Positions 1 through 10,829 of a stretch of DNA of 34,030 bases are shown here, piece by piece. The position numbers and the translations under genes are program-made. Origin of the DNA: Hemiscyllium ocellatum (Eukaryota); NCBI RefSeq assembly GCF_020745735.1, contig NC_083448.1, positions 20,859,976-20,894,005 of the forward strand, read 5' to 3'. Numbering within the stretch: position 1 is the first letter of the stretch; the number at the start of each line of letters is the position of its first letter. The notes under the pieces were generated by a model, which worked only from the letters and a program-made list of their open reading frames with translations, was not told the origin of the DNA and did not search any database.

Positions 1-140
1 GNNNNNNNNNNNNNNNNNNNNNNNNNNNNNNNNNNNNNNNNNNNNNNNNNNNNNNNNNNNNNNNNNNNNNNNNNNNNNNNNNNNNNNNNNNNNNNNNNNN
101 NNNNNNNNNNNNNNNNNNNNNNNNNNNNNNNNNNNNNNNN

Positions 141-2400
141 GATAGAGGGAGGGATAGAGGGAGGGATAGATAGAGGGAGGGATAGAGGGAGGGATAGAGA
201 NNNNNNNNNNNNNNNNNNNNNNNNNNNNNNNNNNNNNNNNNNNNNNNNNNNNNNNNNNNNNNNNNNNNNNNNNNNNNNNNNNNNNNNNNNNNNNNNNNNN
301 NNNNNNNNNNNNNNNNNNNNNNNNNNNNNNNNNNNNNNNNNNNNNNNNNNNNNNNNNNNNNNNNNNNNNNNNGAGGGAGGGATAGANNNNNNNNNNNNNN
401 NNNNNNNNNNNNNNNNNNNNNNNNNNNNNNNNNNNNNNNNNNNNNNNNNNNNNNNNNNNNNNNNNNNNNNNNNNNNNNNNNNNNNNNNNNNNNNNNNNNN
501 NNNNNNNNNNNNNNNNNNNNNNNNNNNNNNNNNNNNNNNNNNNNNNNNNNNNNNNNNNNNNNNNNNNNNNNNNNNNNNNNNNNNNNNNNNNNNNNNNNNN
601 NNNNNNNNNNNNNNNNNNNNNNNNNNNNNNNNNNNNNNNNNNNNNNNNNNNNNNNNNNNNNNNNNNNNNNNNNNNNNNNNNNNNNNNNNNNNNNNNNNNN
701 NNNNNNNNNNNNNNNNNNNNNNNNNNNNNNNNNNNNNNNNNNNNNNNNNNNNNNNNNNNNNNNNNNNNNNNNNNNNNNNNNNNNNNNNNNNNNNNNNNNN
801 NNNNNNNNNNNNNNNNNNNNNNNNNNNNNNNNNNNNNNNNNNNNNNNNNNNNNNNNNNNNNNNNNNNNNNNNNNNNNNNNNNNNNNNNNNNNNNNNNNNN
901 NNNNNNNNNNNNNNNNNNNNNNNNNNNNNNNNNNNNNNNNNNNNNNNNNNNNNNNNNNNNNNNNNNNNNNNNNNNNNNNNNNNNNNNNNNNNNNNNNNNN
1001 NNNNNNNNNNNNNNNNNNNNNNNNNNNNNNNNNNNNNNNNNNNNNNNNNNNNNNNNNNNNNNNNNNNNNNNNNNNNNNNNNNNNNNNNNNNNNNNNNNNN
1101 NNNNNNNNNNNNNNNNNNNNNNGATAGAGAGAGGGANNNNNNNNNNNNNNNNNNNNNNNNNNNNNNNNNNNNNNNNNNNNNNNNNNNNNNNNNNNNNNNN
1201 NNNNNNNNNNNNNNNNNNNNNNNNNNNNNNNNNNNNNNNNNNNNNNNNNNNNNNNNNNNNNNNNNNNNNNNNNNNNNNNNNNNNNNNNNNNNNNNNNNNN
1301 NNNNNNNNNNNNNNNNNNNNNNNNNNNNNNNNNNNNNNNNNNNNNNNNNNNNNNNNNNNNNNNNNNNNNNNNNNNNNNNNNNNNNNNNNNNNNNNNNNNN
1401 NNNNNNNNNNNNNNNNNNNNNNNNNNNNNNNNNNNNNNNNNNNNNNNNNNNNNNNNNNNNNNNNNNNNNNNNNNNNNNNNNNNNNNNNNNNNNNNNNNNN
1501 NNNNNNNNNNNNNNNNNNNNNNNNNNNNNNNNGATAGAGAGAGGGAGGGAGAGAGAGAGGGAGAGAGGGAGGGAGAGAGGGAGGGAGGGAAGGAGAGAGG
1601 GATGGAGGGATAGAGAGAGGGAGGGATAGAGAGAGGGAGGGAGGGAGGGATAGATAGAGGGAGGGATAGAGAGANNNNNNNNNNNNNNNNNNNNNNNNNN
1701 NNNNNNNNNNNNNNNNNNNNNNNNNNNNNNNNNNNNNNNNNNNNNNNNNNNNNNNNNNNNNNNNNNNNNNNNNNNNNNNNNNNNNNNNNNNNNNNNNNNN
1801 NNNNNNNNNNNNNNNNNNNNNNNNNNNNNNNNNNNNNNNNNNNNNNNNNNNNNNNNNNNNNNNNNNNNNNNNNNNNNNNNNNNNNNNNNNNNNNNNNNNN
1901 NNNNNNNNNNNNNNNNNNNNNNNNNNNNNNNNNNNNNNNNNNNNNNNNNNNNNNNNNNNNNNNNNNNNNNNNNNNNNNNNNNNNNNNNNNNNNNNNNNNN
2001 NNNNNNNNNNNNNNNNNNNNNNNNNNNNNNNNNNNNNNNNNNNNNNNNNNNNNNNNNNNNNNNNNNNNNNNNNNNNNNNNNNNNNNNNNNNNNNNNNNNN
2101 NGATGGAGGGAGGGATAGAGAGAGGGATAGAGGGAGGGAGGGATAGAGAGAGGGATAGAGANNNNNNNNNNNNNNNNNNNNNNNNNNNNNNNNNNNNNNN
2201 NNNNNNNNNNNNNNNNNNNNNNNNNNNNNNNNNNNNNNNNNNNNNNNNNNNNNNNNNNNNNNNNNNNNNNNNNNNNNNNNNNNNNNNNNNNNNNNNNNNN
2301 NNNNNNNNNNNNNNNNNNNNNNNNNNNNNNNNNNNNNNNNNNNNNGATAGAGGGAGGGATAGAGGGAGGGATAGAGGGAGGGATAGAGGGAGGGCAGGGG
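141..2400. repeat. Purine-rich (GGATAGAGGGAG)n-type satellite, mostly unresolved (N gaps)
   Basis: Every readable island between the gaps shows the same GA/GGATA repeat. Confidence 0.85.
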
Positions 2401-2431
2401 AAGATAGACACTGCAGGTGAGAGGAGAAAAC

Positions 2432-2746
2432 AGAATTCCTACAGTATGGAAGCAGGCCATTTGGCCCATCGAGTCCATACCAATCTTCTGAACAGCATCC
2501 CACCCAGAACCCAGTCCCCATAACCAATCCCTACATTTCCCACAGCTAACCCACCTTCCTGCACATCCCTCAACACTGTGGGCAATTTAGCATGGCTGAT
2601 CCACCTCAAACTGCAAGACTGTGGGAGGAAACCACAGTGACGGGGAGAATGTGTAAACTCCACACAGAGAGTAGCCCGAGGGTGGAATCAGACCTGGGTT
2701 CCTGTTGCCATGAGATCATCGTGCTGACCACTGAGCCACTGTACCA
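2432..2746 (-). mobile_element. HE1-like tRNA-derived SINE
   Basis: The reverse complement carries a GTGGCTCAGTGGTCAGCAC head, a GTGTGGAGTTTACACATTCTCCCC core and a GGGCCAAATGGCCTG tail shared with other copies in the window. Confidence 0.75.
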
Positions 2747-3064
2747 TCCTGGGTCAGCTCTGCACCAACCCCGCCGCACATCCACAACGCTTTCATCCAT
2801 TCTATTCAAGAATTGTTTAATTTAATTTTAAAGGTATGAATAACCACATCTCAACCTCACATCCCTCCCAGAAGCAGGAGACAAGCCTGTCGAACCAGTC
2901 CTTGTAAAACAAGCCCAGCAAGCAGCCAGCTCAGCACTGGCTGCACTACCTCTCACGCTATTACAATGAATCAGCTCAAACACAGCCACCAGGATCCAGG
3001 AACAGGCACGGCAGGTAATTCATTGGGGGGTGGGGGGGTTGGTGTCCGTGACTACCTGGTCAGG

Positions 3065-3770
3065 TCAACGACACCCCCCCTCCCCCAATAACCCACCACC
3101 CCTCCTGGCACCTTTCCCTGCCACCGCAGGAACTGTAAAACCTGTGCCCACACCTCCTCCCTCACCTCCATCCAAGGCCCTAAAGGAGCCTTCCACATCC
3201 ATCAAAGTTTTACCTGCACATCCACTAATATCATTTATTGTATCCGTTGCTCCCGATGCGGTCTCCTCTACATTGGGGAGACTGGGCGCCTCCTAGCAGA
3301 GAGCTTTAGGGAACATCTCCGAGATACCCGCACCAATCAACCACACCGCCTCGTGGCCCAACATTTCAACTCCCCCTCCCACTCTGCCGAGGATACGGAG
3401 GTCCTGGGCCTCCCTCACCACCAGACGCCTGGAGGAAGAACGCCTCATCTTCCGCCTCGGAACACTTCAACCCCAGGACATCAATGTGGACTTCAACAGC
3501 TTCCTCATTTCCCCTTCCCCCACCTCACCCCAGTTCACCAAACTTCCAGCTCAGCACTGTCCCCATGACGTGTCCTACCTGCCTAGCTCCTTTTCCACCT
3601 ATCCACTCCACCCTCCCCCCTGACCAATCACCTTCTCCCCAGCCCCATCCCCCCATTTATCTCCCCACCCTGGAGGCTCTCTGTCTCTATTCCTGATGAA
3701 GGGCTTTTGCCTGATTTCCCTGCTCCTTGGGATGCTGTCTGACCTGCTGTGCTTTTCCAGCACCACTCAC
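3065..3770 (+). mobile_element. Penelope-like retroelement 3' fragment: Zn-finger linker, GIY-YIG endonuclease and terminal repeat
   Basis: The frame from 3104 reads PGTFPCHRRNCKTCAH...FTCTSTNIIYCIRCSRCGLLYIGETGRLLAESFREHLRD...VAQHFNSPSHS, then frameshifts. The terminus has CTGATGA at 3693. Confidence 0.85.
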
Positions 3771-4299
3771 GTCTGCCTGTCAGATCCCATTAGGCCCAGG
3801 GAGGGATTCGGAAGGTGATCCCCACACAAACTGGATTCACTGCACCACAATATGGTACATCCGACCTGCCAAAACTGGGATAGGACCTCAGCAACACCTT
3901 CTACAGCTACATCCAAAACACAGGAGAAGGTGAGGGCTGCAGATGGCACAGAGCCAGTTTCGTCTTTCTGCAGTCCATACAGGATAAGATGGCTGCATGG
4001 GCAGGTGCTTAGGAAGGAGACATGGCTGGATAACATGGCATATTCTCACCTTGCAGTGAACACTCTCAATCCCTTCAGATCCAACTTCACATAATGAGGC
4101 AGTGCATTCCAGACATTCGTCATTCAGTGTCCAAAACTGCTTTTCCTCATGTCGCTTTTCAGTCTTCAATCCACGTCTCCTCGCTCTTGGTTCCTTCATG
4201 ACTGGTGGGTCCAGTTCCTCACTATCTACTCTGCTCATCATTTACAATTCGACTAATAAATCTCCTCCTATTTTGTCCAAACAATTCCAGCTTCTCCAG

Positions 4300-4440
4300 A
4301 AACAAAAACAGAAATGGCTGGAAAAGCTCAGCAGGTCTGCAAGCATCTGGAGAGCGAATTCAGAGTTAACATTTCAGATTGATTGACCCTTCTTCAGAGC
4401 TCTGATTTATCGCATCTGCGGTTTGTTTTGGTTTTTACTC
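4300..4440 (-). mobile_element. PLE-type terminal repeat remnant with a minimal hammerhead motif (4361-4404)
   Basis: The - strand reads CAGAGCT-CTGAAGA-AGGGTCAATCAATCT-GAAA-TGTT-AACTCTG, followed by the GATGCT..AGACCTGCTGAGCTTTTCCAGC tail seen at other PLE ends. Confidence 0.6.
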
Positions 4441-4764
4441 CGAACTTATGAAAGTCCTCACCTCAAGACCCATTCACAGGAACCTCTTTCCCACTGTCTT
4501 CATCAAACAAGCATCTTATACAAGTTCACCATCACCTCCTCGCTGGTGTCCTCTCTGTCCCTGTTAATAAAGCCTGTGGTACAATATACTTGATGAATTG
4601 CTCTCAAACAGTTCTGCCACCTTCAAAAGGGTTCTGCATAAACATTTAACCACACTTCACAAGCTAACAGAACATGGCCAAACCTCAACAACAAACTGAC
4701 AGAGAAAGAACTCTCACCCCCTCACAGGGACACTCCAACCCTGTCCCTGTGACCCTGTACTTAC

Positions 4765-4899
4765 TGTCTTCCTCACTGGTGTTGACTTGGACCATCACCT
4801 TCAACCTCGGAGCAGCTTGCTTCTTCTGCCAGGATTGGTTGACTTTATCAGCGAGTTTGCTGGAGTCAATGGTCTCAATCATGAACAGGTTGGGAACAC
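4765..4899 (-). CDS. PLPBP: PLPBP exon 5 ([46 protein letters not shown])
   Basis: 135 nt; CAG acceptor; A|GTAAGT donor. Confidence 0.95.
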
Positions 4900-5144
4900 C
4901 TGTCAGGGGAGGTTCACAAAGATATAAAAGGAAGTTTGGAAAGAGAGACTCCTGTGTGTCAGTACAATCCCCCATGGGTGACCAATACAACACTGCTTTC
5001 ACAGATACTGCATCAGATCGCTAAGCCAGAGCCTGCCTGTGTATGAGTTCCCACCACCTGACTTCTGTGAACTGAAACAAGAGTTCACTGCTGCACCCAA
5101 GAGCTTCGGTCTCATAGGCGATCAGCTATGATGGTGTGGGGAGA

Positions 5145-7080
5145 TAGAACCTAGAACAGTACAGGCCCTTTGGCCCTCCATGTTGTGCTGACCTTTCATC
5201 CTAATCTAAGATCAACCGAACCCACATACCCTTCATTTTCCTATCATCCATGTAGCTAGCCAAGAGTTGCTTAAATGTCCCTCATGACAGTGCATTCCAC
5301 ACACCCACCACACTCTGCGTAAAGAACCTTCCTCTAACATCTCCCCTAACCCTTCCTCTAATCACCTTAAAATCACACCCCCTTGTGATAGCCAGTTCTG
5401 TGCTGGGAAAATGTCTCTGACTGTTCACACTATCTGTGTCTCTCACCATCTTGTGCCACTGTCAAGTTACCTCTCATCCTTCTTCACTCCAATGAGAAAA
5501 GCCTGAACTCCCTCAACCTTTCTTCCTAAGGTATGCCCTCCAGTTCAGGCAGCATCCTGGGAAATCTCCTCTGCACTCTCTTGAAAGCTTCAATATCTTT
5601 CCTTCAGTGAAGTGACCAGAACTGAACACAATATTCCAGGTGTGGTCTGACTCCAGGTGCAAGTTCCTTCCACTATCTCTGATTCGCCCTAACCTCACTC
5701 TGGCCATCCTCTTTTTCATCACATAAGTGTAGAAGGCCTTGGGGTTTTCCTACCTGCTAAAGTTCTTTCATGCCCCCTTCTCGCTCTCCTAAATCCACTC
5801 TTCAGTTCCTTTCGGACTCCCTTGCAACTGTCCAGAGCCCTGACTGATCCTTTCCTCCTCAGCCTTAAGTAAGCTTCTTTCTTCCTCCTGACTAGAAGTT
5901 CCATATCTCTTGTCACCCAAGTATCCTTCACCCTACCATCCCTTCCTTGTCTCAGTGGGACATACCTATCCAGCAGTTGCAGCAAGTGCTCCTGAAGCAA
6001 CCTCCACATTTCTGTCCTACCTTTCTCTGAGAATATCTGTTTGCAATTTATGCTCCACTGTTCCTGCCTAATAGGATTGTAATCCCCCCACCACAATACT
6101 TTCCCATACTGTCTTCTCCTATGCCTCTCCATGACGATAGTAAGGGTCAGGGAGTTGTGATCACTATCACTGAAATGCTCTCTCACCGAGAGATCTGACA
6201 CCTGACCTGGTTTGTTGCCAAGTACCAAATGCAATCATGGCCTCCCCTCTCGTCGGCCTATCTACCGAGTCAGGAGCCCTTCCTAGACATACCTGACAAG
6301 AACTGCTCCACCCAAAGTATTTGAACTAAGGAGGTTCCAATCAATATTAGGAAAGTGTGATATGACAACAACCCTGTTATTTCTGCACCATTCCAAAATC
6401 TGCCTCCCAGACTGCTCCTCCATGTCTCTGTTGCTATTGAGGGTTCAATAGAAAACTCCCAGTAAAGTGACTGCTCCTTTCCTGTGTCTGACTCCCACCC
6501 ATAGTGACTCTCTAGACAAACCCTCCTCGACGACCTCCCTTCCTGCAGTTGTGATACTATCCCCCACCTCTTTTACCTCCCTCCCTATTCCTTTTGAATC
6601 TAAACCCTGGAACATCCAACAACCATTCCCGCCCCCTGTGATACCCAAGTCTCTATAATGGCCAACACATCATAGTTCCAAGTACTGATCCATGCTCTAA
6701 GTCCCTCCTCCTTATTTCTGACATTTTTTGTGTTAAAATTGACACACTTCAACCCATCACACTGACTGCAACTTTGCCCTATCACCTGTGTAGCCTTCTT
6801 CACAGATTCTCTGGATGCCTGTTCACTAGCTACCCCATCCTCTGATCCCTAGCTCTGGTTCCCAACCCCTCTGCCTAACTAGTTTAAACCCTCCGCAGAG
6901 CTCTCACAAACCTTCTGCCTTGGATATTGGTGCCCCTCCAGTTCAGGTGCAACCCGTCCTCCTTGTAAAGATCCCACCTCCCCCAGAAGGTATCCCAATG
7001 ATGCTCGTATCTGAAGCCTCCCTCCTACACCAACTCTGCAGCCTCATGTTCATCTGCACTCGCTCTCTGTTCCTAAGCCA
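5145..7080 (-). mobile_element. CR1-clade LINE, internally deleted (ORF1 esterase end, APE endonuclease, RT C-terminus, 3' tail)
   Basis: HWDTFWGRWDLYKEDGLHLNWRGTNI (SGNH-type DxxH motif, ~6920-7000); CVNFN..WNYDVLAIIET and GNKPGQV..SDHNSL endonuclease motifs; RPHLEY-type RT tail; GTTCTA-type 3' end at ~5150. Confidence 0.85.
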
Positions 7081-7348
7081 TAAAGTGACCGTTCAGATCC
7101 CACCCTGAGACCCTGGTGTGTAACCAAGGTTGTACTCCTGATATACTCAGGGAGTGTTGCAATCCCAAATGCTGAAGAGACATTCAAGTCCACAGCTCAT
7201 CTGCCCTGTCAGGAGACATAGCCACCACTATCTACTCCTCAATCAACCAACACATGTAAAACCAGCAGCCAGTCATCAGAAGAGAGCTCCCATAAATCCC
7301 CAACTCCGCAGTGAGTCAGATACACAGCCATGCCGTCTGCAGCATTAC

Positions 7349-7424
7349 CTATCAACTTGTTGACATTGTTTTTTTGCAGGTGTCCGATAAAATGCCACTT
7401 GATGTCGGGGCACACAGAGAGGAT
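7349..7424 (-). CDS. PLPBP: PLPBP exon 4 ([25 protein letters not shown])
   Basis: 76 nt; CAG acceptor; G|GTAA donor; contains the YggS signature WHFIGHLQ. Confidence 0.95.
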
Positions 7425-8779
7425 CTGCAACCAGGGAGAAAGTGTGTCAGTTCGATGGTCAGGCCGAACCAACGGGTTCATGCATCACGTCAGCATTTCA
7501 AGAAACACCATCAATTCCCCCATGAAGAATTACAACATCAATACTGTCCACAGCAAGGTCACCTACATGGGCACGTCTGCGCACACCCATCCCATTCTAA
7601 CAATTACACATTTTGTCAGCTGAAAAATGCCTTTCTGAATACTGTGAGGGAGGATCTTCAGCAGACAAACTGCTGTGATTCAATCCAGCACACTTCCAGC
7701 AACCCCTGAAGAACAGCTGGGGATGGAGATGAAATTATCTTGTAGAGACACAGATAGACAATTTGTTGAAGTACAAACTCTTGCTGAATTCAGATGAATG
7801 CCAGATTAGTTCGGCACACAACTTGCCATTTGGACTTTAATTAATATAATCCCAAGAGCATGAACCCACCATCCATGGTAAATCAGAATATTAAAAATGG
7901 TATCAAGGCAAGTGAAAAACCGTACAACGGTGCAAACATTTGGCAGGTCAGAAGACTGGACAGGATACACAAAAAGCAAAGAATGACCCAACAATAAATG
8001 CAAGGAAAAGTTCGAGTATGAGAGAAAGCTAGACAAAAATATAAAAACAGATAGTCAGAGTTTCTATACATATGTGAAAGAGAAAAGAGTTAAGACTGAG
8101 TGTTGGTCCTATACAGTGTGTGATTAGAGAATTATTAGGGGAAAATAAGGTAACTGCAAATAAATTGAACAGGAATTTGCATCAGTCTTAATTCTAGAAG
8201 TTAGAAGTAATATCCCAGAAACAGTGATAAAACAGGAGATGGAACGAAGGGAGGGACCCAGGAAAATCACTACAGAACGGGCACTGAGTAAACTGCTGCA
8301 GCTGTGAGTTATCTGGAGCCAGGGTCCTGGTGGACATCACACTCAGATGTTGAAAGAAGTGGCCAGTGAAATAGTCGATGTGTTATTTTACATTTCCCAA
8401 AATTCCATTGATTTGAATAGAGGGAGACAGAAAGCAGGAATCTACAGGCCTGTTAGCCTAATATCTGTCTTCAAGAAAATGCCAGAAGCTTTTTGAGATA
8501 TAAGTTAGAACAGGGCATGTGGAAGCAAGTAAGCAAGGATCTGGCAAATGGATGACCACGTGGGAAAATGGGAAATTGCCCATTTGAGCATAAATAATAA
8601 AAAGGAAGCACATAATTAACTGGTGAGGGATCGCAGAGCTCGGAGATACAGACAGATCCAGGTGTCCTTATGCATGAATTGCAGAAGGTTATTATCCAGG
8701 TATAGAAAGCTAACATATTCTCACCATTTACTGCAGGAGGGGAATTGAATGCAGGGGCAGGGAGGATAAGCTTCAGAGA

Positions 8780-9295
8780 GGACAAAGTGAGGACTGCAGA
8801 TGCTGGAGATCAGAGTCAACAGTGTGGTGCTGGAAAAGCACAAATCAGGCAGCATCCGAGGAGCAGGAGAATCGATGTTTCAGGCATAAACCTTCATCAG
8901 TAATGAGGGTTGTGGGCTGGGGGGGTAGAGAGGTAAATGGGAAGGGATGGGGCTTAGGGGAGGGTAGCTGAGAGTGCGATAGATAGACGGAGGTGGGGTA
9001 ATGGTGATAGGTTGGAGTGGAGGGTGGAGTGGATAGGTAGGAAGGAAGGTGGACAGGTAGGACAAGGGTGGTGCCGAGTTGGAAGATTGTATTTGGAATA
9101 AGGTGGGCCAGGGGAATTGAGGAAACTGGTGAAATTCACATTAATCCCGTGTGGTTGGAGGGTCCCAAGGTGGAAGATGAGGTGTTCTTCCTCCAGGCGT
9201 CAGGAGGAGGCCCAGCACCTGCATATCCTTGGCGAAATGGAAGTAGGTGTGGGAGTGAAAATGTTAGGCCACGGGACGGTGGGGTTGCTTCGTGC
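8780..9295 (-). mobile_element. Penelope-like element 3' fragment with a hammerhead-type terminus (8870-8904)
   Basis: The reverse complement is homologous to 3340-3770 (LEEEHLIFHLGTLQPHGINVNF); CTGATGA-AGGTTTATGCCT-GAAA-CATC motif. Confidence 0.8.
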
Positions 9296-9304
9296 GTGTG
9301 TCAT

Positions 9305-9565
9305 ACGTTTCAGTCATAAGAGCTAAAGTTGGCACAGACTTACCAGATCATCGGGCTGCTCCCTCACTACAGAGAGAGAGAGAGAGAGAGAGAGCGGGGG
9401 AGAGGGAGAGAACTGGTGGTGGTTTCACCTGAGGGCTACACACCTCATGCAAGGGAAGAGGTTGGGAAGGAGAGGCCTTCATGGTCACCTCAGCCAGGCC
9501 AGGAATTGAACCCATGCTGTTTGTATGACAAACCAGCTACCAATCCAAGTGATTCCCAATTTATA
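9305..9565 (-). mobile_element. tRNA-derived SINE with an internal (GA)n
   Basis: GGAATTGAACCC on + is B-box GGGTTCAATTCC on -; it lies inside the CR1 interruption. Confidence 0.55.
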
Positions 9566-10484
9566 ATCAGTTCAACAGGGCATAGGTAAGACCATATCTG
9601 GAGTACTGTGGCTCGTATTGATCAGCTTACTTCAGTAAGGATATACCTTGGGAAGCAGTTCAGAGAAGGTTTACCAGACTTGTACATAAAATGGACCAAT
9701 CGTTGTTTGAGAAAATGTTGGACAAGCAAAGCTTCCATCTGCAGAAGTTGAGAAAACTAAGAGGCAACTTGATTGAAACAAAATTCCGAAGGATTTTCAG
9801 ACTAGAGAAGCAGTTTCCTCTTACAGGAGAACATAAGCCTCGGAGATAAAATCAGGAATGTGCATCTGGAACAGGAGAAAATACCTTTCACTTCAAGGGT
9901 TGGATCTGCTGAGAAGGGAGGGGGTGAGCAAATGTTACTCACGATAGATGAAACAAGGCAACTTGGTGTGGTCAGCAAGGTGACCCAGTTCGATGTAACC
10001 CGATGTTATCTCAAGGGGACCCAGGGCTTGGCACAGTGTCAAGAAGGAGCGGTGCGGTCACCAAATGGCCGAGACACCTGGTGCTGGGAGAGTCATGTTT
10101 GAGCCAGTGCAGTACCCAGTGGTGATTGTGACTGTATTAACAACGCCAGCAAGGACTCTGTGCTGAGGGTGTCGGTGGGGATGAGATAGCCCTGAAGAGT
10201 GGGTAACTTCTATTCCTCTGGCAGTGGGGCATCGAGGAGGACTTGTGCCTGATCACCAGGCTCATGGCCCAGCACAAACCAATTAACAAGAAGGACTGTA
10301 AAGGTGAACATTTTTTCTTCATTTCTTTATCCTGCTGCCTTTCTATTCCATGGTTTGGTTTTATTTTGAGAGTTTTAAGATGGCACTGGAGAGTAACCAC
10401 ACTACACAACACTTTTCACTGCATTTTGTGAGAAAATAAATCACATTAAATCACTGAAAGCCTGGAAAACAGCAGTTACCGTAC

Positions 10485-10520
10485 CTGGCTGTCAGAGGCT
10501 TTCTCCACCAGCTCTTGGAC
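10485..10520 (-). CDS. PLPBP: PLPBP exon 3 (VQELVEKASDSQ)
   Basis: 36 nt; CT-rich tract plus CAG acceptor; CAG|GTACGG donor. Confidence 0.92.
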
Positions 10521-10829
10521 CTGTGAGTGAGAAGAGAGAGAGATAGCTCAACAATGTCAGAAACCCAACATCAGTCAGGATTAACCAGATGATTGAAAAC
10601 CCATCGACCACCTTAAACACTGACTCTCATTCCCACACAAGGCCAGAAACAGAACTGCACACAGTTATACACCGAGCGAATTAGGGCAGTTCTTACCTAA
10701 CGTCAGCAGATCCCAATCTAGTCAAACACAAAACCTTTCATCATTTGTTCTTGCTCACATATCAACAGCACAGCAAGAGTCACAAAAACTGCCGTCACCA
10801 CCTTCACACGGGACAACATGGAGATAGGG

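Larger units (their letters stand above)
7790..9880 (+). mobile_element. Highly decayed CR1 LINE ORF2 fragments, interrupted at ~8778-9570 by younger insertions
   Basis: GIYRPVSLIS-like (~8440) and RPYLEYC-like (~9590) RT motifs; the sequence is continuous across the insert. Confidence 0.7.

Noticed and set aside
2103-2420. 105-aa RD/RG-rich ORF
   Set aside because: Spans an N gap and satellite sequence
7311-7709. + strand 132-aa and 97-aa ORFs
   Set aside because: Antisense overlap of PLPBP exon 4; no recognisable domain
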